Source: Vulcanimicrobiota bacterium
GTDB lineage: Bacteria > Vulcanimicrobiota > Xenobia > Xenobiales > JADMJV01
Direction of reading: 5' to 3'
DNA: 64,000 nucleotides
Assembly: GCA_050250895.1 (NCBI GenBank)
Contig: JBFWNU010000004.1
Location: 334,934-398,933, forward strand
Made by a program: the position numbers and the translations under genes. Below the pieces are notes generated by a model. The model ran no database searches. It saw only the letters and a program-made list of their open reading frames with translations, and had not been told where the DNA came from. The number at the start of each line of letters is the position of its first letter. The first letter of the stretch is position 1. Shown in pieces: positions 33,810 through 44,280 of this stretch.

Positions 33810-36800
33810 GCGCCGATTCGGTTGGGGACGCCGAGCCAGGCCAGCCGATAGTCATGGGCCCGCGCCATGAGCTGGCCATCGTCCCCCCAGAGATGAATTT
33901 CGAAGCGCTCCTCGCCTATCCATTGCACCCTGACGACACAGCGCTCGCCCGGGCGGGTGAGGCGCCCCACCCACAACTCGCCGATAGTCGCTGGCACCGT
34001 GTGCCCTTCGCGCACGCTCTTCCAGGCCAAGATTCCCGCCGCATAGAGACATCCGTCCAGGATGGCCGAGGGCAGCCGCCACCCTACTGTAGAGCGGTGA
34101 GAGCCGGCCAGTTCCACCAAGGGTGGGGCCACCAGTTCGCCCCAGAGAGTCTCTCCCTCTATTTGATAGCGTCGCAGCGTTCGCAACGAGGGCCCGTGGT
34201 ACATCTGACCCGAGTCGGAATAGGCGACCGGCTCCCATTGGTCGGGAACCTCGGGGCAGGCCAGTGACTCGACCGGCATCTCGTTCACCAACTCTACCTC
34301 GAGCAAAGTTCGGCGCGCCTCTAACACCGTTCCGTCGCGGGCCAACTGGGCATAGAGCAGCCTCACCGTATTGTCGTCACGAGCCACTTCCACCTGGCGT
34401 GGACGCCCCTCGTGGAACTTCAGAAACCCTGCCGGTCGGACTCGCCTCAAGCCGATGGGGCCAGGACCTCGAGATTGCGCCTCGCAGGCCAACTCGAGGG
34501 CCACCACCAGGGGTAGTACCGGAACGTCTTCCACCCGATGGTCTCGCAAGAAGGCTTCCTGCTCGGGATCGAGCCATACCTGATTGGAGGTTCCCAGCAG
34601 GGGTCGGGCGGCCTGCTGCGTCTCGAACAGCTCGGCGTGATAGAATCTGCGGTAATAGTGCTCATCGGTGATGAGCACCTCGGCTCTGGGGGCGCCGGCC
34701 TGCAACTCGGCGATGAGGTGAGCGACCCCCTCGGCCGCTGGCATGAAGTTCATGTTCACTAACTCGAGACCCAGCTGGCTCTCGCCTTTGACGGCCATTC
34801 CGACATCGCCCCAGGCGTGCCAATGAAAGGTCACCGCGCCGACCTCCGGCCGTTGCTGACGATAATAGGCCACTAGCTTGGCCATCATCTCGTTGGCGGC
34901 CGAATAGTCGGCGTGCCCGTTGGCCCCGAACCGACCACTGATCGAGCCGAAGGCGACAAAGAAGTCGAGCGGGTCTGCAGCCATCAGGCTCATCAAGTTG
35001 TGGGTTCCCAGGACCTTGGCTCCCAAGCATTCCCCCACCTTTTGGTGGTCCTTCTGCTCGAACTTCGAATCGCGGGTGGCCCCGGCCCCATGCAGGACGC
35101 CGCGAATGGGTCCATCGGCCCGGATCGCCTGAAGAGTTTGGGCCAGCCGGTCCCGATCGCTCAAGTCGCAACTGTGATAGTGCGCTTCCAGGCCGGCTTC
35201 GTGGAGGGCCACCAGGGCCGCCTCGATCTCGAGGCCCTTCTCGACGGCTTCCCAGCTTTTGACCGGGTTGGCTGCTCCCTGAGAGCGAGCCGTATCCATC
35301 ACTTCCAGCTTCAATCCACGGCGGTCCTGTAGCCAACGGGCTCGCCACTCGGGCGGATGCGAGGGACCGGGGGCCCGTCCGATGAGATGGAGCTTCAATC
35401 CGAAGCGGCCGGCCAGTTCGCGGGCGACGTGGGCAGTGATGCCCCGGGCCCCGCCGGTGCAGACCCAGTTACCGCGCGGCAACACCGCCTGGCCGTCCCG
35501 GTCGTCCACTGGCTGGGGTTCGGCCGTCACCAGGGCCCGTTGGCCGGCGATTTCACCGATCTCGAGCTCATAGTTGCGGTGGCAAAGCTCTCGTAGCACG
35601 CGCTGGCCAGCGTCTGAGGCACTGATATCAGGGCCGCAGTCGATAACTTTCACGGTCAAATCGCGATGTCCGGCTACCCAATTCTCGATGCGCATCGACT
35701 TTAAAAGGCCGGCCAGAAATCCTCCGTCAGGACCCTCTATGGGCGTTCCAAAGCCGAAGCCGCCCCCGAGTCTGGTCACGGCCACCACGGTGGCCTCGTC
35801 CACCAGGCCGTCTCCCTTGACCCGCCGCAACCATTCCTGGCAGAGCCAGAACGGAGTCGTGATGCGGGCGGTGTAATGCTCTGGCCGCTCCAGTTCGCCC
35901 GGCACCCAGGCGGTGGTGATAAACAGGTGGGGTAGCGGCCCGAGCGCTTCGAGACCTCGCTTGAGTTCCGTCAAGGCCCGGTGGGTATCGAGGATATGGA
36001 CCGGCCCCCTGAGGCGGCTCGCGAGTTCACGACTCAAAGCGTTGTCTCCGATGATCAGCGAAGCTCCGCCAAGGCTGCGAGTGGGCGAGAGCGGGAGGGG
36101 ACATTCGACCATCCTCATCAGGTAGCGCTGAGTCTGGTCGGGGGTCGAGCCGGGCAGGGTCCCGTGGCGCTCTTTGTAGCCGATCAGGTTGTAGAGATGG
36201 ACTCCCGCTCCCTCGGCCAGGCCGCGAAGCTCTTCCAGGGTGGCCGGGTCGAGGCCGGCCTCGAGGTCTTTCCCAGGCCGCCTTTGCCAGGGAAAGACCT
36301 TGAGCGCATCGTGGCGCAGAGCCGCGCGGATGGCTTGGGATTGCGCCCGGCCACGTAGCCGAGCACTTTCATAGGCCTGCCCGCTGACGCGGGGCAGGAG
36401 CGGCGCCTCGGCCTCGGTCGGGGCCTCGGTCACCCCGATATGCTCGAGAATGTCTTTGAGGCTTCGGAGGTTGGCCAGCTCTTTGTCAGAGGTGTCTAGA
36501 CCGAAGGCATCGCGCAGCTCGCCCAGCAATTGGGTTCTTTTGATACTGTCGATGCCGAGGTCGGCCTCGAGTTCCCATTCCAGCTTGAGCGCGCTACGTG
36601 GATAGCCCGTCAGGTCGGCAACATGGTCGAGGAGAAAGGCTTGAGCGCGGGCGTCGATGGCCGTGGTGCGTGTCTTGCCGCTAAGGCTGTCTTCCCCCAG
36701 CACGCGCTCGAGGCGGGGCCGGGTCGCGTCGAAATGATCGATGCTTCCGAGCCCTCTCTGGGTGGTCGTCGAGCGCGCCTGGGGCAGCCGGTCGACGCAT

Positions 36801-39800
36801 TCGAAGGCGGCTTCGAGGCGGGCCCACTGGAGGGCCCGCTGGCGACGCGGGTGGTCGACCGAAGTCACGATCACATTGCGCTCCTTCAAATTTTGGCGGG
36901 CCAGTTGAGTCAACACCTGTTTAGGGCCCACTTCGACGAGCAGGCCGACTCCGTCGTTCACGAGTTGATCCAGGAGCTGACCAAATCGGACCGGCTCGAC
37001 CAGTTGCCGAACCAGATTCTGGCGGATGACCTCGACCTGGGTAGCCGGCTGATTGGTCACGTTACTGTAAAACAGGATCGTGGGTGGACGCAGCTCGAGC
37101 CTGGCCAGCCGGGCTTCGAGGGCCGTCTGAGCCGATGCCACCAAAGGAGTGTGAAGGGCGCCCGGAACCTTGAGCCGGCGAGTGGGCATGCTGTCTTTTC
37201 TCAGCTCGCTCTCCAGGGCGGCCAGCTGACTGTTAAGGCCGCCCACCACCGTCTGACCGGCGGCGTTATAATGGGTGAAATAAAGTCCTAGCTCGGCCAC
37301 CAGAGGCTCGAGCCGTTGGGGAGGCGCGGCCACGGAAAGCAGACCTCCGTCGGGCGAGGCTGCTAGCAGAGCCTGAGCGCGGACCTGGGTCAGCTCCAGA
37401 GCGTCTTCGAAGGTCATGACCCCGGCCGCCACCAGGGCAGGAATCTCGCCAAAGCTGTGGCCACACACACAGTCGGGCCGATAGCCTTGCTCGTCGAGCA
37501 CGGCGAAAGCGATCTGATCAGCGATCAAGACGGCCAACTGGGTGACCACCGGGTCGGCGTCAAGGCGCTCATCCGCTTGCCAGGCCAGGAGTCCAAAGCC
37601 AGGCAGGCCCATCTTCTCGAGGGCAGCGTCGGCCCGGCGCACCACGGCTGCCGCGGCCGCGGACCCGCTCACCAGGTCTCGCAGCATGCCTTGATACTGA
37701 GAGCCCTGACCCGAGAAAAGATAAGCGATCCGCGGTCGAGCACGGCCGAGTTCGCAGTAGAAGATACCCTGCTCTTCGAGCAGGCGCCGGCCCTTGGCTT
37801 CGGCCAACTGGTCAGCTGCCAGAGCCACATTCTGGGCCAGGCGAGGCTGGTCGGGAGCCACGGCCACCAGGCGGACCGGGTCGGCCTGCGCCAGGCCCTG
37901 GCGACCCTCGCGAAGGTTGGTCGCCAGTTGGTTCGGGTCGTGGGCACTGTAGCGAGCCACCCGGGCGGTGACGGATGACCGGGGGCCGGCGCCCTCGAAG
38001 ATGAGCTGGGCAGCCTGGCCGGTCTCGGCCAGGCCGGCCAGCACCACTCTCTCTTGCGGATGGCACAAGCTAGCTCTCAACAACGAGAGCATCCCCCCGG
38101 CCGCATGCAGAGCCCCGAATTGGGCGGCCAATGAGGGCAAGAGGGGCTTGCCGCAGACCCGCTCCAAAACCGGGGCCAACTCGGCCGAGGGGGCATCAGC
38201 CAGGGCAAGGCCCGGGTCAGACAAGGCAGGGCCGACCACCAATTCGAGGGCCGACTCGGGGGTGAGTCCGCTGGCGAGTTCTGCCGTGTGCAAAAGGCCA
38301 TAGATTCGGTCCCCGTCCTGCTGGGCTCGGTCGAGGGTCTTGAGGATGACCACTCCGACCCCTTCGCCTGGCAACTGGGCGCTCAAACGACCTTTGAGGG
38401 CAAGACTCTCGAACCCCACCAGGTCCATGGAGTGCTGGCCGGCCGCCACCACCACGGCTGAGCAATCGCCGCCCCGCAGCAGGTCACAACCCACCTTCAA
38501 GGCCGCCTCGGACGATGTCTCGCCCACATCGAGAGCCAGGGCTCCACCGCGCCAATCGTGGGCTTTAGTCAATCGTGAAGCGAGAGAGCTACAGGTAAAG
38601 CCTCCCGTCTCGTCGAGCAGTGCCGAGTATCGCTCGAAGAAAATCCGGTCGAACTGCTCGAGCAATCCGGGCTTCGAGAGGCCCAACTCAGCCAGCAGCC
38701 TGGCCACCTCACGGCGAATCTCGGCGTGGCGAAAGCCCACTTGCATCTGATTGCCGAAGTCCGAACAAAAACTCGCGCCCACCACCACGGCTGTCGAGTT
38801 TGCCTCGAGTGGGGAGCCCAGCTCTGCCAGGGCCTGATTGGTCGCATCCAACAGCATCAGCTGGACCGGATTGGCCCGCTTGACCTGCTTGGGAGGAATC
38901 TTGTGGCCGACGGCGTCGAACTCGAAGTTAGTGATGTAGCCACCGCGACGGGTGGGCGTATGCCAGGGCTGGAGCTGCTCGGCCAGGCCGGCGTCACTGG
39001 GCCAGCGACCGGCCGGCGGTTCGCCGAGTTGGGACTGGCCGCTGCCGAGCAACTCTTTCAACTCGCCCAGGTTGCGAGCGCCGGGGACGACGACGCCGCG
39101 CCCGACCACCGCCACCAGCGGCTCGTCGGCGGCCACCGGCTCGACCGGTCCGCCTGGCTCTTCGACCACCAGGTGAACGTTGAGACCGCCCACCCCAAAG
39201 GCGCTGACACCGGCTCGGCGAGTCTCTCCCTGACGGGGCGCAGGCCAATCGGACGGCTCTCGCTGGACCACGAAAGGTAGCCGCGACCAGTCCACTCCGG
39301 GGTTGAGCTGGTCGACGTTGATGGTGTGGGGAATGCCGCGGTGTCTCAAGGCCAGCACGACCTTCAACAAACTGGCCAGTCCGGCCGTCTCGAGCGTATG
39401 CCCCAAATTGGACTTGACACTGCCGATGGGTATCTGGCGTCCTTTCAGATGAGGCCCGAAAAAGGTCGACAAAGACTCGAGTTCGGTGGCGTCACCCAGC
39501 TGAGTGCTGGTGGCGTGGGCTTCGATGTACTGGACGCTGGCCGCGTCGACTCCGGCGTAGCAACGTTGCAGCGCCTCGAGCTGTCCCTCGGCACGGGGGG
39601 CCCACAGACTGCGACCGCGACCATCCGAAGACAGACCGATCGAGCGGATCACCGCTTGCATCGAATCCCCGTCGCGGCGGGCCGCATCGGCCCGCTTGAG
39701 GACCATTGCCACCACTCCTTCGGAGCTGATCAGGCCGTCGGCTTCGGCATCGAACGGGCGCGAGCCGGACGCGCTGCACGATTGGGCGTGGGAAAAGAGA

Positions 39801-40516
39801 ATGAGGCTCTCCGTCTTGTTGTAGGAGGACCCTCCGACGATGGCCAGGTCGATTTCGCCCCGGGTCAGAGCCAGGGCGGCCAGGGAGAGAGCCACCAACG
39901 ACGAGGCACAGGCGGCGTCTACCACCAGCTGAGGGCCGGCCAACCCCAGTTGCCGGACCAGCAGGCCCGCGATCCATTGGGCCTCGAGACACGGTTTGCC
40001 TTCCCCGTCGCGGCGAGGCCGTCCGCGGCGTAGCTGGCCGGTCAGGGCTTGCATGGCGGCCTGACGCGTCTGGGTCGGCAAAGCGCGAAAATCGGGCAAG
40101 CACTCGAGCAACTCCGCCACCTGAGCGGCCAGGGTGGCTACCACCAGTTCTCCCCCCCGGGGCGTTCCTCCGGAGTGACCGGCATAGACACCGACTCGCT
40201 GGCCTTGCAGCCCGTCAGCATAGCCCGCCTCGGCCAGCGCTTCCAGAGCCACATCGCAAAAGATGCGGTGGCTCAAGTCATAGGAATCATCTCCCGAGCG
40301 GGCCTGGCAAGACTTGAGGCAGCCGCCGATGCTGGAGTAAGTCTTTCCCACCTGACCGCGGGTCGAATCAAAGTAAAGTTCTCGGTCCAGTCGCTCGGGG
40401 GGCAACTCGCGAACCGCATCATGGCCGTTCCAGAGCAACTCCCAGAATTCGGCCGGGTTGTCCGAATCGGGCAGGCGGCAGCCGCACCCCAATATCGCGA
40501 TAGGAGCGATCTTCAT
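33806..40516 (-). CDS. Iterative type I PKS/fatty acid synthase, KS-KS*(CLF-like)-AT-ACP-KR-DH
   Basis: DAACASS/HATST/NLGH; second KS DVGETSS; GQGSQY/GHSFG; LGIDSIK; TGGARGI/YSAAN; LRDHRVxxxPVLP. Confidence 0.9.
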   Translation of the reverse strand: MKIAPIAILGCGCRLPDSDNPAEFWELLWNGHDAVRELPPERLDRELYFDSTRGQVGKTYSSIGGCLKSCQARSGDDSYDLSHRIFCDVALEALAEAGYADGLQGQRVGVYAGHSGGTPRGGELVVATLAAQVAELLECLPDFRALPTQTRQAAMQALTGQLRRGRPRRDGEGKPCLEAQWIAGLLVRQLGLAGPQLVVDAACASSLVALSLAALALTRGEIDLAIVGGSSYNKTESLILFSHAQSCSASGSRPFDAEADGLISSEGVVAMVLKRADAARRDGDSMQAVIRSIGLSSDGRGRSLWAPRAEGQLEALQRCYAGVDAASVQYIEAHATSTQLGDATELESLSTFFGPHLKGRQIPIGSVKSNLGHTLETAGLASLLKVVLALRHRGIPHTINVDQLNPGVDWSRLPFVVQREPSDWPAPRQGETRRAGVSAFGVGGLNVHLVVEEPGGPVEPVAADEPLVAVVGRGVVVPGARNLGELKELLGSGQSQLGEPPAGRWPSDAGLAEQLQPWHTPTRRGGYITNFEFDAVGHKIPPKQVKRANPVQLMLLDATNQALAELGSPLEANSTAVVVGASFCSDFGNQMQVGFRHAEIRREVARLLAELGLSKPGLLEQFDRIFFERYSALLDETGGFTCSSLASRLTKAHDWRGGALALDVGETSSEAALKVGCDLLRGGDCSAVVVAAGQHSMDLVGFESLALKGRLSAQLPGEGVGVVILKTLDRAQQDGDRIYGLLHTAELASGLTPESALELVVGPALSDPGLALADAPSAELAPVLERVCGKPLLPSLAAQFGALHAAGGMLSLLRASLCHPQERVVLAGLAETGQAAQLIFEGAGPRSSVTARVARYSAHDPNQLATNLREGRQGLAQADPVRLVAVAPDQPRLAQNVALAADQLAEAKGRRLLEEQGIFYCELGRARPRIAYLFSGQGSQYQGMLRDLVSGSAAAAAVVRRADAALEKMGLPGFGLLAWQADERLDADPVVTQLAVLIADQIAFAVLDEQGYRPDCVCGHSFGEIPALVAAGVMTFEDALELTQVRAQALLAASPDGGLLSVAAPPQRLEPLVAELGLYFTHYNAAGQTVVGGLNSQLAALESELRKDSMPTRRLKVPGALHTPLVASAQTALEARLARLELRPPTILFYSNVTNQPATQVEVIRQNLVRQLVEPVRFGQLLDQLVNDGVGLLVEVGPKQVLTQLARQNLKERNVIVTSVDHPRRQRALQWARLEAAFECVDRLPQARSTTTQRGLGSIDHFDATRPRLERVLGEDSLSGKTRTTAIDARAQAFLLDHVADLTGYPRSALKLEWELEADLGIDSIKRTQLLGELRDAFGLDTSDKELANLRSLKDILEHIGVTEAPTEAEAPLLPRVSGQAYESARLRGRAQSQAIRAALRHDALKVFPWQRRPGKDLEAGLDPATLEELRGLAEGAGVHLYNLIGYKERHGTLPGSTPDQTQRYLMRMVECPLPLSPTRSLGGASLIIGDNALSRELASRLRGPVHILDTHRALTELKRGLEALGPLPHLFITTAWVPGELERPEHYTARITTPFWLCQEWLRRVKGDGLVDEATVVAVTRLGGGFGFGTPIEGPDGGFLAGLLKSMRIENWVAGHRDLTVKVIDCGPDISASDAGQRVLRELCHRNYELEIGEIAGQRALVTAEPQPVDDRDGQAVLPRGNWVCTGGARGITAHVARELAGRFGLKLHLIGRAPGPSHPPEWRARWLQDRRGLKLEVMDTARSQGAANPVKSWEAVEKGLEIEAALVALHEAGLEAHYHSCDLSDRDRLAQTLQAIRADGPIRGVLHGAGATRDSKFEQKDHQKVGECLGAKVLGTHNLMSLMAADPLDFFVAFGSISGRFGANGHADYSAANEMMAKLVAYYRQQRPEVGAVTFHWHAWGDVGMAVKGESQLGLELVNMNFMPAAEGVAHLIAELQAGAPRAEVLITDEHYYRRFYHAELFETQQAARPLLGTSNQVWLDPEQEAFLRDHRVEDVPVLPLVVALELACEAQSRGPGPIGLRRVRPAGFLKFHEGRPRQVEVARDDNTVRLLYAQLARDGTVLEARRTLLEVELVNEMPVESLACPEVPDQWEPVAYSDSGQMYHGPSLRTLRRYQIEGETLWGELVAPPLVELAGSHRSTVGWRLPSAILDGCLYAAGILAWKSVREGHTVPATIGELWVGRLTRPGERCVVRVQWIGEERFEIHLWGDDGQLMARAHDYRLAWLGVPNRIGA

Positions 40517-41886
40517 GCGGCCCCTAGTAGATCGACGACGTGCATCAGCATTTTTAGCGCTTCATCCAGGCGCTCGGAGTCCCCGACGAGCACCAGCTCA
40601 CCTGCATAGAGAGCTTGCTCTGGGGTCAGCTGGCGGCCTGCCAGGTGAGCCAGCGTAGGCAGGCTGCAAAACGCTTCAGGCGCGCATTCGACTCTTGTCA
40701 GGGGAGTGCGTCCCGTTTCGGCAAAACCCCATTGTCCCCCTTCGGGTCCGGGCACGGTCAAAAAGAGCCGGGGTTCTGAGTTTGAGGCCAGCGGAATTCG
40801 CGAAAGTCGCCGGGCCAGATCCCACTCCGGCGCAGCCTGAAAGCGATGTTCCAGGGCGAAACCGACCAGCCGTTTAAGCGCCTCGCCATCCAGACGAGGG
40901 CAAGGCACGCCACTGTGCTCGAGGGTCAGCTGGCAGTCAAAGGTCGGATGGTTGCTGAGATAGGGTCGATAGGTCGACACCGCGGCCGGCCCGTCGAGCG
41001 ATTGAACCGATGGCGGTTGGTCATCCTCGCTTCGACAGGCGCGCACAGCGTCATACAGAGCTTGGAAGCTGGTGGGATGAGGATTGGTCAGATGATAATA
41101 TTGCTGGGCCGAGCGCTCCTGGCCCAGCAACGCGATGACCACCTGCGAGACCCAGTCCACCGGAACCAGGTTGATCCCGTCCTCGGGGTCTTCGACCCCT
41201 ACCGTTTCTAGTAGTGAACGACTGCTCGAGGCCGAGTTCAGCCAGGTCAGCAAGAGGAGCGGGTACGCTCCCTGAAAATTCGGGGTGTAGCCGGTGGAAG
41301 ACTCGCCTACGATGATGGAAGGACGATAGATGGTGAAACGCCGCAGAAACTCGGCCTGGGCAACCAGCGACTCGGCCAGGGCCTTGCTGCGCTCGTAGTC
41401 ATTGTTGAAGACCTGGTGAAGGGGCACGGGTCGGGGCTCAAGGTTGGGAACGGTGGCCCCGCAGACGTAGGCGGTCGAAATCAAGTGAAACTCGTCGAGG
41501 TCACACCCGCGACTCAGTTCGAGCAGGCGGGCGGTTGCGTCGACATTGGTCAGATAAGGTTCTCCACTGCCATCGGCTCGAAACTTCACGGTGGCTGCCG
41601 AATGCAACACCCGGCAGCAGTGGTTCTTGAGCCACTCACGAGCCTGCTCGTCAAGACCGAGATCGGGTTGGCGCAGGTCACCCTCGATGAGCTGGGGACG
41701 AGGGAGCTGGCGGGCCAGCCCTCTTTCCAGTCGCTGGCAACAAACCTCGATCCTTTCGGCTGCAGACGCTCCGTTCGTCGGGCGAGCCAAAACCGCGAGG
41801 TTCAAGCCTTGCAATAGACCGTCACGCATCAAAAACTGGCCCAGCAGGCCGGTTGCTCCGGTGAGTAGCGTAAAGGTTCTATCCAT
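40513..41886 (-). CDS. Thioester reductase (extended SDR) with C-terminal SCP2-like domain
   Basis: LTGATGLLG, ISTAYV, YERSK, RPSII, LVPVD; tail LTPEQALYAGELVLVGD. Confidence 0.82.
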   Translation of the reverse strand: MDRTFTLLTGATGLLGQFLMRDGLLQGLNLAVLARPTNGASAAERIEVCCQRLERGLARQLPRPQLIEGDLRQPDLGLDEQAREWLKNHCCRVLHSAATVKFRADGSGEPYLTNVDATARLLELSRGCDLDEFHLISTAYVCGATVPNLEPRPVPLHQVFNNDYERSKALAESLVAQAEFLRRFTIYRPSIIVGESSTGYTPNFQGAYPLLLLTWLNSASSSRSLLETVGVEDPEDGINLVPVDWVSQVVIALLGQERSAQQYYHLTNPHPTSFQALYDAVRACRSEDDQPPSVQSLDGPAAVSTYRPYLSNHPTFDCQLTLEHSGVPCPRLDGEALKRLVGFALEHRFQAAPEWDLARRLSRIPLASNSEPRLFLTVPGPEGGQWGFAETGRTPLTRVECAPEAFCSLPTLAHLAGRQLTPEQALYAGELVLVGDSERLDEALKMLMHVVDLLGAA

Positions 41887-42015
41887 TGATGCTTACCAGT
41901 TCTTGGCGTCGCGCCCGACTAGCCCGGTGTCGACCGGCATCGCCCAGCGCCGGGATGACGCAAGTCTAAGACAGTATACGAGATCCTCCGAGATTTCAAG
42001 TCTTTGGCCAAGTCT

Positions 42016-43104
42016 TCAAGCCTGACCACGGGTCTCGATGGTGGGTCTTTCGATAGCGGTCTGGGCTTCTTTCCAGCGAACTCCACCGGGCAAGAGGTTG
42101 TAGGCTCGCTGGAGTCGAGCGATGGCGCGGGTTTCGGCCGTCGACAAACAAGGGTGCCACAGGTTGAGAAAGAGGACCACCCTGAGCTGATCGCTGTGAT
42201 TCCAGACCTCGTGCACGAAAGCGTCGTCAAACACCAGCACTTCGCCCTCCTCCCAGGTGGCCACCTGACCGCCGACTCGCAGGCCACAGTGGTCGGGCAC
42301 CAACAGACCCAGATGGAAGCGAAGAATACCGTTGATGGTGCCTACATGAGGAATGATTCGGCTCTGGGGGTTGAGGGCCGAGAACAGGATGAACTCTTTC
42401 TCGAGCCGGGGCAGACTGGCCAGCAACCCGCTCGTCAGGGGACAGCGTCGACAGTTGTCTTCCACCGCCTCACCCTGAATGTAGAAGTGGAAGGTGTTCC
42501 AGCCCGGCATCAGGTTGCCGTACTCCGTGCGATAGTTGCCAAAACCGCGCGGCTCCGCCAAGAGATCGTTCAACTCGTGGCGAATGGTCTGGCAATGCTC
42601 GCGCAGGATGGAGGTCCAGGGAAAATCTGAAGCCTGGTAGAGCCGGCGGGCGGGAATGCCAGGCAAAAAGAAGTGGGGGCGTTGATGGGGGTCGGTAAAC
42701 TCGGTGCAAGGCCAATCGTCTTGATGGAAAAAGACGTCGAGAAAGCCGGACCGGTGGAACAGCGCTTCGGCCACGTTGCGATATCCGAGCCTGGCACAAC
42801 CCCGTTGGAACGTGGCGTGGGCGTCCAGTCCGAACACCGCTCGGGCGAAGGCGTCGGTCTGGGCTGGTCGGAACTGGTTGGCCAGGTCACGCCAGAACCG
42901 GGCCGTGGGGTTGCTGACGAAGGCCCCTCCCAGGGCCCAGAGCCGATGCAGCCCCCACACCGACAGCCCGAGCGCGGTGGGGCCGCTCGCCGCCACCCTG
43001 GCCCAGACCCGGCGCAGCCAGGCCGGCAGACGCACCGGAGAACCATCCAAACCCAGCTGGTCGTAGCTCACCTGCATCAATTGTTCGAAAGTAGGTTGGG
43101 CCAC
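42016..43104 (-). CDS. Aspartyl/asparaginyl beta-hydroxylase (LpxO-like) family 2OG-Fe dioxygenase
   Basis: FSALxPxxxIxPH, LRFHLGL, WEEGExLVFDDAFVHEVWN, RVVL. Confidence 0.88.
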   Translation of the reverse strand: MAQPTFEQLMQVSYDQLGLDGSPVRLPAWLRRVWARVAASGPTALGLSVWGLHRLWALGGAFVSNPTARFWRDLANQFRPAQTDAFARAVFGLDAHATFQRGCARLGYRNVAEALFHRSGFLDVFFHQDDWPCTEFTDPHQRPHFFLPGIPARRLYQASDFPWTSILREHCQTIRHELNDLLAEPRGFGNYRTEYGNLMPGWNTFHFYIQGEAVEDNCRRCPLTSGLLASLPRLEKEFILFSALNPQSRIIPHVGTINGILRFHLGLLVPDHCGLRVGGQVATWEEGEVLVFDDAFVHEVWNHSDQLRVVLFLNLWHPCLSTAETRAIARLQRAYNLLPGGVRWKEAQTAIERPTIETRGQA

Positions 43105-43135
43105 GGCCGAGCGCTCTTCTGGTCAGCTCTGCGAA

Positions 43136-43345
43136 CTAGCAGGTAATGTCGAGGTTGCGGCCGAGGTTGCGCTGGCGACGGGCGCGTTCCATCACCTCAT
43201 CGGGCAGCTTGACGCTACGTTGGCACGAGGGGCAGCGCAGCTTCTCGGCGCCAAGCACCTCGTCGACGCTCCACTCGGGCAGCAAGGCCCGGCAATGGGG
43301 GCAGGCCATACGCTTCTCGGGGTTGATTCTTCCTACTTCAGCCAT
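43136..43345 (-). CDS. Small zinc-ribbon protein
   Basis: CPHC and CPSC; ends LGRNLDITC. Confidence 0.7.
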   Translation of the reverse strand: MAEVGRINPEKRMACPHCRALLPEWSVDEVLGAEKLRCPSCQRSVKLPDEVMERARRQRNLGRNLDITC

Positions 43346-43407
43346 GTCGCCCATTTAGTCGGGGCTCGGCGAGGGTCCTCCCGGTAGCCGGCGCGAATGC
43401 TCCAGCC

Positions 43408-44280
43408 ATGCTATTTCTGGGAGCTGACTGCAGCCGCCACAGCATCCATTGTGTGCTGGTCGACGCCGACGGCAGGGTCTGGCAGCGCACTCGAGCCCGT
43501 CGTCAGGGTCCCCTCGAGGCCGATCTGGCTTCGGCCCTGGCCCCCTGCTTGCAAGCAGCCACCGGACCGTTCGAAGCGGCCATCGCGGCCGAGGGTTGCG
43601 GGCCGTTGGCGCTGCCCGAGGGCGCCGCCAGCCTGTGGCAGTGCCGGCCCGAAGAAGCCCTGTTGTGTGGGGCGCTGGCCTGCCGGCCGGGGGTAGTCAT
43701 CACCAGTGCCACCACGGCCCGCGCGCTGGGCATCGACCGCGGGCTAAAACCACGCCAACTCGAGCAAGATGGCGGCAGCGCCGGCTGGCTGGCCGAGCAG
43801 GGTCTAGCCTCGCGGGCCCAATCCCCGCGACTGGCCCAGGCAGTCCAACGTGTCTTTGGCTCGAAAGAGCCCGAAGGGGTGGCCCGACTGGCCTTTTGCC
43901 GCGAGGTGCTTGAACTGGCGACCTTTCCGGGTCCCGACCCCATCTGCCGGGCGCTGGTGCTCAAAGCCGCCCGCAGCCTGTGCGACCTGACTCGCTATCT
44001 GGTGCCACGGATCCAGACCCTCGAACGAGCCAGTTGGGCCGGGGTGGGCATGCGGGAACCGCTGCTCGAGGCCTATTTTCAAGAACTTCAGCAACATCTC
44101 CCCGGCCTGCCCTGGCGCCAGCCACGCTTTCCCGCCGAGGTGGGCTGCGCTCTGTTAGCGCAGGCTGGCTATCACGAACGCCAGCGCCGCGACGATCAGG
44201 CAGCCACCCCGCGCAGGGTCGGCCCCGATGTCTGGCGCCACGTCTTTCGCAACCGCAAGCCCTTTCCTGAGTATGAATGA
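43408..44280 (+). CDS. Divergent BadF/N-acetylglucosamine kinase-like ASKHA protein
   Basis: FLGADCS...VLVDADG; DGGSAGWL; PAEVGCALLA. Confidence 0.6.
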   Translation: MLFLGADCSRHSIHCVLVDADGRVWQRTRARRQGPLEADLASALAPCLQAATGPFEAAIAAEGCGPLALPEGAASLWQCRPEEALLCGALACRPGVVITSATTARALGIDRGLKPRQLEQDGGSAGWLAEQGLASRAQSPRLAQAVQRVFGSKEPEGVARLAFCREVLELATFPGPDPICRALVLKAARSLCDLTRYLVPRIQTLERASWAGVGMREPLLEAYFQELQQHLPGLPWRQPRFPAEVGCALLAQAGYHERQRRDDQAATPRRVGPDVWRHVFRNRKPFPEYE

